Positions 1 through 9,115 of a stretch of 58,191 bases of DNA are shown here, piece after piece (the first letter of the stretch is position 1; each line of letters starts with the position of its first letter). Position numbers and translations under genes: made by a program. The notes beneath the pieces are model-generated. The model searched no databases. It was not told where the DNA came from and saw nothing but the letters and a program-made list of their open reading frames with translations. The stretch is from Prasinococcaceae sp. CCMP 1430 (lineage: Eukaryota > Plantae > Prasinodermophyta), in contig RQSC01001135.1 of NCBI GenBank assembly GCA_013416795.1, positions 106,410-164,600 on the forward strand, read 5' to 3'.

Positions 1-602
1 CGCGCGCGCGCAGAGGGAAGGGCGCGCGAGCGAGCGGACTCCCCTTCCCTCCCCTCCCTTTCCCCCTCCCTCTCCCCCGGCAAGCTCCGGCTCCCCGCGC
101 GGCGCCCCCCGCCCCCCCCCCCCTTCCGCGCGCAGCTCGCCAGCAAACGCAAAAGGGCGAAAAAGCGGGCGCGGGGGCGCGCGCGCGCGCGCCCAGGGCC
201 ATCAGATCGCAACCGTTGCCCGCACGCGGGGATGCGACCCACCACGTGGGCCCGCGCACGTGAAGCGCGCCGATGTGGCCCCACTGGGACCGCCGGGGCC
301 GCGCCGCGGCACAGAGCAAAACCCGTGCGCGCGATGGCGTCCTGCGACGCTCCTGGGACGAGCACCGGCGAGCACCAGGTTGGCCTGGGCGTGTGACGTG
401 GCGGCCCGAACGATGGCCAGCCGAGCCAAAACTAACGCAAGCAGGCGGCACCGCGCCCATCACATGTCATGACCACATCGAGACCATGCATGCGCGAGGA
501 GGACGCATTGGTATCAGGTGCCACGCGAGGGGCAGCGACGACGCGAACGAATCATATGTTCTTAGAGACGCCAATTCAAGAAACGGGCGACTTCTTGAAG
601 GG

Positions 603-1554
603 TCACAGACTACGTGTGTTTTCAAGGGCGTCCACGAGCACGCTCCGACCGAACGGAGAACAGAGACGGGCGCCAACGGGGAGATCGCACGCATGGCATT
701 CGGCGGTGACGTTCTTTCGCGCGGCCCCCCTGCACGAGGCGCACCGACGACCAACGTGTGCGTCCAGCTGGCAGCGCGAGGGGCCGACGTTGGTGTCGAA
801 TCGATACGCCATCACCAGCACACAGGGCGAGCGCGAGTGCGGGTGCAGTGCGAGTGCGAGTGCGGGTGCGGGTGCGGGCTGGAGATCTGCGCGGCGCGAT
901 CGCGCGTGGCGCTGACGCAGCGCGGCGCCGCACGAGAGGAGGACGACCGAAAACGCGGCGCGCACGGCCGAAAGCGCCGCGCCGCGGCGACGCCAGAGAC
1001 CATCGCCCTGCACGCCAGCAAGCACAGCCACGGCATCCTCTGCAGCGTCCATTCTGACCCATCCATCGCACTCGTCGAGCACCTCGAGCCCAGGCGAGCC
1101 GCCCTGCCATACGAGCGTGATGCACGATAGGTCTCGATGCGCACCGTACAGCAGCCGCACGGCCTCTCCACCGCTTCGGCCATCACTCTTTGAGAGCGAG
1201 CGAGAAATGCTCTCCTCTGTGCCCTCCTGCGCCTCGATCGCCTCAGCACCGGGCCTGTAGCTCGTGACGCGCAGGGTGACCTGCAGCGCTTCGCTCTCTC
1301 GGCCGGCGTCGACGCCGAGTGCACCGGCAGCGAGAGCAGCCGCAGCCGCGTGGGCGTCGCGTAGTGACGGCTCTAGCGAAGCCGGCTCCCCCGGAACCGC
1401 ATCGGAGCCATCCATGCGCACCTGAGCGAAGCGTCCAGGCGCGTTCGGCGAAGCGGGAGCCGCGCAACGCGTGCGTCAGCAAATGCAAACTGCAACGTAC
1501 TACCCACGGGATGGGCGGAAGCGTGCACGAGCGTACCTGGAGCGACTCTACGCC
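603..1554 (-). CDS. Probable 2OG-Fe(II) oxygenase (IPNS/flavonol-synthase-like fold), 5'-truncated; exons >1554..1537 and 1421..603
   Basis: VRLLYGAHRDLSCITLVWQGGSPGLEV..GWV..AVAVLAG resembles the LRLxxY..HxD..LTLLxQ..GLEV..W..VxxG core. Intron 1536..1422 (cag|GTACGC ... ttcgctcAG|GTG) is phase 0; the upstream exon GVESLQ is cut by the single N at 1555. Distal His and 3' exon structure are uncertain. Confidence 0.5.
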
Positions 1555-2902
1555 NGCGGGGCAGGCGCGCGGCGCGCGAGCGCGGGCGTTTTTTTTTTTT
1601 TTTTCCCCGTTCTTCGCCCGGGCGCGGCGCCTGCCCCCCGCCTGTCCCTTTTTTCCGCGCCGCCCCTCCCGCGCGGCCGCCGCGGAAAAAGCGGCACGCG
1701 GGAAAAAGCCCGCGCGCCTCCGCGAACCGCCACCGAGGGTTCCAAACATACGTACCGAATCTGAAAATAAAGTGGAATCCATGCTCCGAACATTTATGCA
1801 ATGAAATAATGGTTTGACATGGAATCCCTGGCGAAGCTGCGCGCGGCGAGTCCCCCTTGCCAGCGGGGGCGTCCGCGCTCGCGCGGATTTCGCGGGCGGG
1901 CGAAACCGCGGATTGCGCGCCGCGCCGCGCGGGGGCCAACTGCCGCGCGCGCGTGGTTNNNNNNNNNNNNNNNNNNNNNNNNNNNNNNNNNNNNNNNNNN
2001 NNNNNNNNNNNNNNNNNNNNNNNNNNNNNNNNNNNNNNNNNNNNNNNNNNNNNNNNNNNNNNNNNNNNNNNNNNNNNNNNNNNNNNNNNNNNNNNNNNNN
2101 NNNNNNNNNNNNNNNNNNNNNNNNNNNNNNNNNNNNNNNNNNNNNNNNNNNNNNNNNNNNNNNNNNNNNNNNNNNNNNNNNNNNNNNNNNNNNNNNNNNN
2201 NNNNNNNNNNNNNNNNNNNNNNNNNNNNNNNNNNNNNNNNNNNNNNNNNNNNNNNNNNNNNNNNNNNNNNNNNNNNNNNNNNNNNNNNNNNNNNNNNNNN
2301 NNNNNNNNNNNNNNNNNNNNNNNNNNNNNNNNNNNNNNNNNNNNNNNNNNNNNNNNNNNNNNNNNNNNNNNNNNNNNNNNNNNNNNNNNNNNNNNNNNNN
2401 NNNNNNNNNNNNNNNNNNNNNNNNNNNNNNNNNNNNNNNNNNNNNNNNNNNNNNNNNNNNNNNNNNNNNNNNNNNNNNNNNNNNNNNNNNNNNNNNNNNN
2501 NNNNNNNNNNNNNNNNNNNNNNNNNNNNNNNNNNNNNNNNNNNNNNNNNNNNNNNNNNNNNNNNNNNNNNNNNNNNNNNNNNNNNNNNNNNNNNNNNNNN
2601 NNNNNNNNNNNNNNNNNNNNNNNNNNNNNNNNNNNNNNNNNNNNNNNNNNNNNNNNNNNNNNNNNNNNNNNNNNNNNNNNNNNNNNNNNNNNNNNNNNNN
2701 NNNNNNNNNNNNNNNNNNNNNNNNNNNNNNNNNNNNNNNNNNNNNNNNNNNNNNNNNNNNNNNNNNNNNNNNNNNNNNNNNNNNNNNNNNNNNNNNNNNN
2801 NNNNNNNNNNNNNNNNNNNNNNNNNNNNNNNNNNNNNNNNNNNNNNNNNNNNNNNNNNNNNNNNNNNNNNNNNNNNNNNNNNNNNNNNNNNNNNNNNNNN
2901 NN

Positions 2903-3848
2903 CGGCGACGCTGCCGTGCCGCGGCCGATGCCCTCACCGCCGCCCGCCGCGGCGGCGGCGGCGGTGCCGATGCTGCCCACGCAGGCCCAGGTGGGAAGCT
3001 ACGAGCACTCGGGCGCCGTGGCGCAGCCCCAGACCGAGCCCAGCGACCTCGACCGCGACGAGTACCAGACGGACCATTTTCGCATGTACGAGTTCAAGGT
3101 GCACATGTGCCCGAAGACCCGCGCGCACGACTGGACCGAGTGCCCCTTCGCGCACCCGGGCGAGAAGGCGCGCCGCCGCGACCCGCGCCGCTTCAAGTAC
3201 AGCGGCACGGCGTGCCCGGACTTCCGCAAGGGCGCGTGCCGCCGAGGCGACGCCTGCGAGTTCGCGCACGGCGTCTTCGAGTGCTGGCTGCACCCGAGCC
3301 GCTACCGCACGCAGCTCTGCAAGGACGGGCGCGCGTGCCCGCGGCGCGTGTGCTTCTTCGCCCACTGCCCGAGTGAGCTGCGCGCGCCCGACAGCGTGCC
3401 GATGTGCATGCCCACGGCACCGCCGCGGACCGTGTCGCCGGGCAAGCCGGCCTCGGCGGCGGAGGCCGTGTCCGCCTCCGCACCGGGCGCGCCGATCACC
3501 GGTCCGCCGACGGTGGACTCCTCGCCCACGTCGGCGCTGTCGCTGGGCAGCTCGCCCAACGGTGGCTCGCCCAGCCACGGCAGCTCGCCCTCAAGCTCCA
3601 GCCTGCCCTCCAGCGCCACCCTCATGGGAGCGACCGCGGTGCCGTCCTCGTTGCCCGTGAGCGTCATCGAGTCGCTGAAGATGGCGAGCCTGCACCTGGG
3701 GGACACCGGCGCCTTCATGAGCAGCGAGGCCATCGATATGCCCCAGCTGCGCAAGGTGTCGCAGCCGTCGATGGCGCGCTCGGACTCGTACCTGCAGATG
3801 TGCCAGGAGAACTCAAATTGGGTGAGCTCGCTGTGCGGGGACGTCTGA
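2903..3848 (+). CDS. Plant-type arginine-rich tandem CCCH zinc-finger protein (RR-TZF); start at 2928 or inside the upstream gap
   Basis: [10 protein letters not shown]; CHCH motif [16 protein letters not shown]; [11 protein letters not shown]; CCCH1 C-x7-C-x5-C-x3-H ([19 protein letters not shown]); CCCH2 C-x5-C-x4-C-x3-H ([16 protein letters not shown]); Ser/Pro-rich tail. Confidence 0.93.
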
Positions 3849-3861
3849 GCGCGCGCGGGCG

Positions 3862-3862
<1 letters not shown>

Positions 3863-3912
<50 letters not shown>
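3863..3912. repeat. Poly-G homopolymer, 50 nt
   Basis: Uninterrupted G run starting 15 nt after the TZF stop codon. Confidence 0.9.
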
Positions 3913-4480
3913 CGTTGAGCCGCGGAGTGCGCCCGATTGGGCCGACGAGAGAAACCGCGCTGGGTGAAACACGCACGAAACAGACACACACAGATACACA
4001 CACGAAACGACGACCCTATGGCATCCGATGCAATGGGCCACGGCCAGCAGAGACCATACACAGAAGACCACTCTATACCTCAAACCTATACTTTAGCATA
4101 CCTTCAGGCGCCGGCGCATACCTTCATGCGCCGGCGCGCGCCGCCGACCAATTCTTTGCTCCCCCCTGCCCCCAGTCCTGGCCTTTCAAGCTAATTGACA
4201 CGTGGTGGGCGGACGACAAAACATCAACAGCAAGCTACCCTGATTTTGGGAGCAAGGCACCAGCAGCACCGGCCCCTCTGCCCGCGTTGGAGCCCGCGCC
4301 AGCACGCGGGCGCCGCGGTGGTACTGGCATTGCGCGCTGACAGACATTTCGAACGGACGCACACGCAACGCGCCCCTTTTTGTCCATTAAGATTGCGAAC
4401 ACAATTTTCCACTGGGCGGCACGAGCTGCCGAGCGACGCGCATGTGCGGCGCAGCGAGCAATCGCGGGCGCGGCGGGCGC

Positions 4481-6283
4481 TCACCGAAGCTCGCCATCGA
4501 CGGAGACGTGGGGCGCGTGACGCTCGCGAACCTCGGCGGCGTGCCGTGCGTTGTAGTCGACGCGCTCTTGCACAGCGGCCCGCAGCGCGGCGGCTGCAGC
4601 GTCGAACTCGCGCTCGGTCGAGACGGCCGAAAGGGCGGCGACTAGCGCGAGCGATCGCTCGTCTCCCGCGCGCGGCCCGCCAGACATCAGCGCCTGCTGC
4701 GCCCAGAGCTGGTACTTGGCGGCCGCGGTCTGCGGGTCAGCCCCCATCGCCGCCGCCGTCCGCCCCTTCGCCGGCAGCAGGCTGCGCACGTTGCGCGCCA
4801 GCACGTGTTCCGCCAGCCAGCGCAGGCCACCGCTCGCCGCTCGCGCGCGGACGACCTCCAGCGAGCGTTCGAGCAGCGCCCGCATGCTGTACGAGCCGCG
4901 GAATGACTCCACCAGGTGGGCCTCGAGCGCCGCCGACACAGGTGCGGAGCGCCGGAGCGGTTCGGCGGTCTCATTGGCGGCCGCCCAGACCGCCGCGACG
5001 GCGAGGTCCGCGTACGTCAGGCTCGACGCGCCCTCGACGGCGCGCGTGAGCGTTTGCGCCGCGGCAACGTCGGCGGCGCTCGGCGCTGCGGCGCCTTCTC
5101 CCGCCGGCGCGGCCCTTCTACCCCAACCCCAGCCGCGGCTGCCGCCCTTGAGCTGGCTCGCCTCGAGCGCACGCCGCGCGCCGGCCTCGGCCGCGCGCAC
5201 CGTCTCAGCAGCGAGGTGCGCGTACGTCGCCTCCTGGACGTTCGCGCCAAGCGTGGCGTGAATCGAGTTGCTGCCGAGCGTCCGCGCCTCGTGCGCCCAG
5301 CCGCGCGGCAGGTACAGCACGTCTCCGGGGCCCAGTTCCACCTCCATCGTAGGGAAGCCGGCCTCCTGCCGCGACGGGAGCACCCGCTGATTCGGGCGCG
5401 GCAGTCCGAGCACGCTGCCGTACACCTGCCAGTGCTTGGTGCCCGACAATTGCACCACGAAAGACTCCATCTCGTCGAAGTGCAGCCCGAATCCCTGGCG
5501 CGCGGCCGCGGTTGCGCCCACAGCGCGAGCACTGGTGCTGACCTCGTCTTCATCAGGCGCGTCGGCCATGCCCGCTGGTGTCACGTACACGTTGACGCCC
5601 ACGAAGGCGCCCAGGTGGGCCGCTAGTGCGCCGGCCGCCTCGGCGAGTGCACCCGAACGGGTGTGCATTTGGTTGAAGACGATCGAAAAGCCGTTGGCAA
5701 GCGCGGCATCGACTACCTCGGCGCTCACCGTCTTGCCACTGTGTGACCAGAAGTTGCCGAGCATCTGCGTTTCGCCAGCGTGTGCCCGCGCGAGCATGAG
5801 ATCGCCACCCATGCCGTACACGAGCGGTTGAGGGGGCGCACCCAGCTTGCCGGTGGCGCTCACGTTGGCATGCAGCGCGCCCGCGATGTGTTCGAGCGGC
5901 AGCATCGCGCCCGCCCGCGCGGCAAACGCCTTGCCCGCGGCGCCGCGGTCTGCTGCGCGCCAAAGCCGCGGCCGTCGCTCAAAGGCCTCTCCGAAGAACG
6001 CGTGTGCGGCCGCCCGACTGCCGCCCAGGACCTGCGCTGCGATGCCATCGAGCGGCGGTGCGGGGGCTGCGAGGTCGGCAGCGTGCTGCACCAGCGCCAC
6101 GGGCGTTGGCGAAGACGCGGCTGCCCGCGCACCGGCCACAGCATTGGTCCACACGAGCGCCAGCAAGAGCACGCCACAACGCACAGTGCGGGGAGCAGCG
6201 CTCGCGCCCCGACGCTCGCATCCGCACGCAGGCCCGCCCGTCCGCTCGCTCACTCGTCGGCTCGCTCGCGCCTGCGCGCGCAT
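4481..6283 (-). CDS. JmjC/cupin 2OG oxygenase, ROXA/NO66(RIOX)-like, with an N-terminal hydrophobic segment
   Basis: FGAFVGVNVYVTP; GFGLHFDEMESFVVQLSGTKHWQVY (HxD); LGPGDVLYLPRGWAHEA (distal His); SIHATLG. First ATG at 6283; hydrophobic VLLLALVWTNAVAGA. Confidence 0.88.
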   Translation of the reverse strand: MRAQARASRRVSERTGGPACGCERRGASAAPRTVRCGVLLLALVWTNAVAGARAAASSPTPVALVQHAADLAAPAPPLDGIAAQVLGGSRAAAHAFFGEAFERRPRLWRAADRGAAGKAFAARAGAMLPLEHIAGALHANVSATGKLGAPPQPLVYGMGGDLMLARAHAGETQMLGNFWSHSGKTVSAEVVDAALANGFSIVFNQMHTRSGALAEAAGALAAHLGAFVGVNVYVTPAGMADAPDEDEVSTSARAVGATAAARQGFGLHFDEMESFVVQLSGTKHWQVYGSVLGLPRPNQRVLPSRQEAGFPTMEVELGPGDVLYLPRGWAHEARTLGSNSIHATLGANVQEATYAHLAAETVRAAEAGARRALEASQLKGGSRGWGWGRRAAPAGEGAAAPSAADVAAAQTLTRAVEGASSLTYADLAVAAVWAAANETAEPLRRSAPVSAALEAHLVESFRGSYSMRALLERSLEVVRARAASGGLRWLAEHVLARNVRSLLPAKGRTAAAMGADPQTAAAKYQLWAQQALMSGGPRAGDERSLALVAALSAVSTEREFDAAAAALRAAVQERVDYNARHAAEVRERHAPHVSVDGELR

Positions 6284-6431
6284 GCGCACGCTTGTGCGCG
6301 ACGAGACGCGCCCCCTCTAGCGCGCGGGCTCGAAGCCCTTCCGCCCTCCCTCCTTCCCCCCGGCCCACCCTCACCCCCGCGCCCTGCGCACGCGCTGTGG
6401 CGGAGCGGGCGACTCGGGGGAAGCGTGAGAA

Positions 6432-8242
6432 TTGACCGCCCTCGTGTCAGACCGCGCGCGCCATGCGGCGGTGCCGGGTCACCGGCACGATGGTGCGTTG
6501 GAGCGAGCCTGCGCTCGCGACGCGGCCGCGGCCGCGCGCGCGCACGAGTACGCGCGCCACGGCGCACGCGCGCGCGACAAGCGCTCATGGTCCGAGTGGT
6601 GGCGCGGTGCAGCTGCGCCTCGGGCGCCGCCGCGGAGGCATCCGACTGAGAGCGAGCCAGTGCCCGCCGAGCGTGCACCCTGGCTGGAGTACCCGCAGAG
6701 CTTCACGCAAGCGGGACCGCAGTCAGGCAGAGCGCAGCCAGGTGGCGGCGCGCCGGCGCTTCCGCCGCCATCCGCAGCGGCGCATGCGCATGCGGGCGGA
6801 GCGCTCCAACGCAGCCCACGGCGCGGCCGCTCGAAGGGCGGGGCGGGAAACGGCGACATGATGTCCTCGCTGAGCGGCGCCGTGGCCGGCGCGCGCTCGC
6901 AGGAGCGCGTGGCGCAGCTGCTCGAGCGCGCGCGCATTGCGCGCTCGCACCAGATGACGCTGCTGATGAATCACCTCGGTTGGTCGGTGCCCGCAATGCG
7001 TAAGCTCTTGCTGTGGGGTCTTACACAGCAGGACCGCTTCAAGGTCGAGGCGGAGCACTTTGAGCGACTGCTCTCCGCGCACGAGGCCGCGGGTGACGAG
7101 CGCGCGCTACAGGAGGTGCTCAAAACCGCCGCATACATGCAGTCGCACGACATCGAGCTCAGTGAGGCAGCGTACTCGACGCTCGCGCGCATGTATGCTC
7201 GGCACTCGCGGCTGGCCGAAGCGGAGGAGACGCTGCGCCGCATGCGCACGGCGGGCTACGTCGGCAGCCCACTGGTGCACGAGTGCATGTTGCAGGGCTA
7301 CGCGCGCAAGGGCGACCTCACGCGCCTGCTGGTGCTGGTGGGCGAAATGCGACGCGATGGCGTTGAGTTGACCGTGGTGGGGCTCAACGCGCTCGTGCGG
7401 GTGCTGGCGGCTCAGGAGGCGACGCTGGGGCAGGCCCAGGAGGTAGTGCGATGCATGCGCTCGCGCGTGTGCCCGATAGGGGCTGAGGCCCTCGACATTA
7501 CAGCGGGTGCTGAGGCACGCGCGGCGTTGGAGTCGCTGCCGCCGGCCGCTTACGGTGCCGACGGCGTGGCACGCCCTGACGCCGACACCTTCGCTGCGCT
7601 CGTCGATGGGTACGGTACGGCGCGGCGGCCTGAGGGCGCTGTGAGGGCCCTCGACGCGCTGCTCGAGGAGGGGCTGGATATCTCTCACGACGTGGCAGAC
7701 GGGATGGTGCGCGCTCATGTGCTTGCCGACGAGGACGACAAGGTGAGGCTTGCATCCCTCGCAAGCTTGCCCACCCATATACCCGCGCCGTGAGCGCGTG
7801 CCATGCGGGTGCTAATGGCCGATGCGTGACACCGCCCTGCACCCTCTCCCGCGCACAGGCGAGACTGTTCATGACCAACCTGCGCGGTACGACCCTCGCG
7901 CCGCCGCGGTGGCCCAGCGCTTCGACGTACAACGCAATTCTCCGTGCGGCCTCGTCGCGCGCCTCAGCCTACCGGCTCGTGGACACGGTGCGCTGGTTCG
8001 ACCGCATGGCAACAGACGGCGTCGCACCCGACACCACCACCGCTACGCTGGTGCTTGGCGCTTGCATCAAGGCGCAGAAGTTCAGCTACGGCCTCAAGGT
8101 GTACCAGTATATGCTTGACATGGGCGCCGAGGATCTCAAGGAGGAGGCCGCGGTAGCCGGGCTGCTCTATAAGCTGCGCAAAGGTGCCGAGCGGCAAGCT
8201 GGCGGCTGGTGGACCGGACCTGAAGAGTCCAATAATAAGTAA
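6432..8242 (+). CDS. Pentatricopeptide-repeat protein; exons (6432 or 6858)..7742 and 7859..8242; start uncertain
   Basis: Repeated 35-aa PPR-like units (AYSTLARMYARHSRLAEAEETLRRMRTAG; VHECMLQGYARKGD; TFAALVDGYG; TYNAILRA; FDRMATDGVAPDTTTATLVLGAC). Phase-0 intron 7743..7858 (AAG|GTGAGG...cacAG|GCG) joins the two ORFs. Confidence 0.88.
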
Positions 8243-8363
8243 TACGTGTACATGGAGACAGCCACCTGGATCGAGCGGCGCGCATGTGACGTTGTGTGGG
8301 CATCTTTTTCGAGGCCACGCCGGCCGTGGCGGGGTGTGCTCACCCAACTTCCCTTCCGCGAGG

Positions 8364-8834
8364 CTATGAGATGACACAACAGCACCCGCCGCTCGGCGAG
8401 TCCGGTTCTGCGCTCACAGTCGCTGGAGCGGACGCGCTCAGCTCGAGCACAACCGCATCGCTTGCGACAGCCGTTCTCCTCATCCCCTGGGGCGCGACCA
8501 GTCGCGCGAGCTTGGCCTGGTGCCGCGCGCGCGCGGTTTCGCTCGCTGCCGAGAGCACCTCGCGCGCCCGCGCCGCTTCTTTGCGGCCGCGCCCCCCCCG
8601 CCACGCGGCCTGCAAGCGCGTCGCCGCCCTGTCGCGCTGCTTGTCCTCCTCCGTCGCCACCCCAAGCAAGGCACGGCGTGCTGCCGTCGACGCCGGGAGC
8701 TCGGCCCAGGAGCGCGGCGACGTGCGGCGCTGCAGCGTGGTCATGGTCTTGTCGAGCATGCCATTGGGCGTCTGCCCGTTGGGCGTCGTCTGCAGCGAGC
8801 TCGCGCTCAGCGCCGCGAGCGGGGATCGGCCCAT
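8364..8834 (-). CDS. Small IQ-motif protein with a C-terminal CaaX box (156 aa)
   Basis: AATRLQAAWRGGRGRKEA fits IQxxxRGxxxR; ends GGCCCVIS-stop; first in-frame ATG at 8834. Confidence 0.7.
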   Translation of the reverse strand: MGRSPLAALSASSLQTTPNGQTPNGMLDKTMTTLQRRTSPRSWAELPASTAARRALLGVATEEDKQRDRAATRLQAAWRGGRGRKEAARAREVLSAASETARARHQAKLARLVAPQGMRRTAVASDAVVLELSASAPATVSAEPDSPSGGCCCVIS

Positions 8835-9024
8835 CGCCAGCGCTCCCCGGGCCGCCGCCCCGGAGGGAGTGCCACCGCCCCGCGCCCGCTCGCGCTCGCC
8901 ATCGCGCGCGCCATCGCGTTTGAACACCCACCAGCCTGATGAGCGAACGAAGGAGCGAACCTCCAGCCCAACCAAAGACTGGAATTCGGCGTGTGAGAGG
9001 TTTCGGGTTGGATCCTGTTTGGGT

Positions 9025-9032
9025 TAGGGTTT
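9025..9032. promoter_or_regulatory. Telo-box (TAGGGTTT = AAACCCTA reverse complement) between divergent IQ-CaaX and TCF25 genes
   Basis: Exact motif in a T/G-rich island upstream of a translation-quality-control gene; function inferred from plant telo-boxes. Confidence 0.4.
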
Positions 9033-9115
9033 GGACGATGAGAGGTAGGGCCGGCCGGCGGCGGCCCGCTCGCCGCGGGGCCGCGCGGGCGGATGGGTGA
9101 GGGCGGCGCTGCCAG

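Noticed and set aside
1-600. Short ORFs at the window start
   Set aside because: No motifs or coding bias; likely UTR or intergenic.
1580-1960. Mobile-element end or ncRNA in the AT-rich island beside the first gap (similar islands at 18550-18700 and 27110-27270)
   Set aside because: No TIRs, TSDs or recognisable RNA motifs; the position upstream of genes fits ordinary nucleosome-depleted promoter DNA.
1243-3660. Long ORFs (500-660 aa) spanning 1959-2902, and similar ORFs over other N blocks
   Set aside because: They are open only because N codons translate as X.
9020-9034. Interstitial telomere or chromosome fusion site
   Set aside because: Only about one and a half repeat units; better explained as a promoter telo-box.
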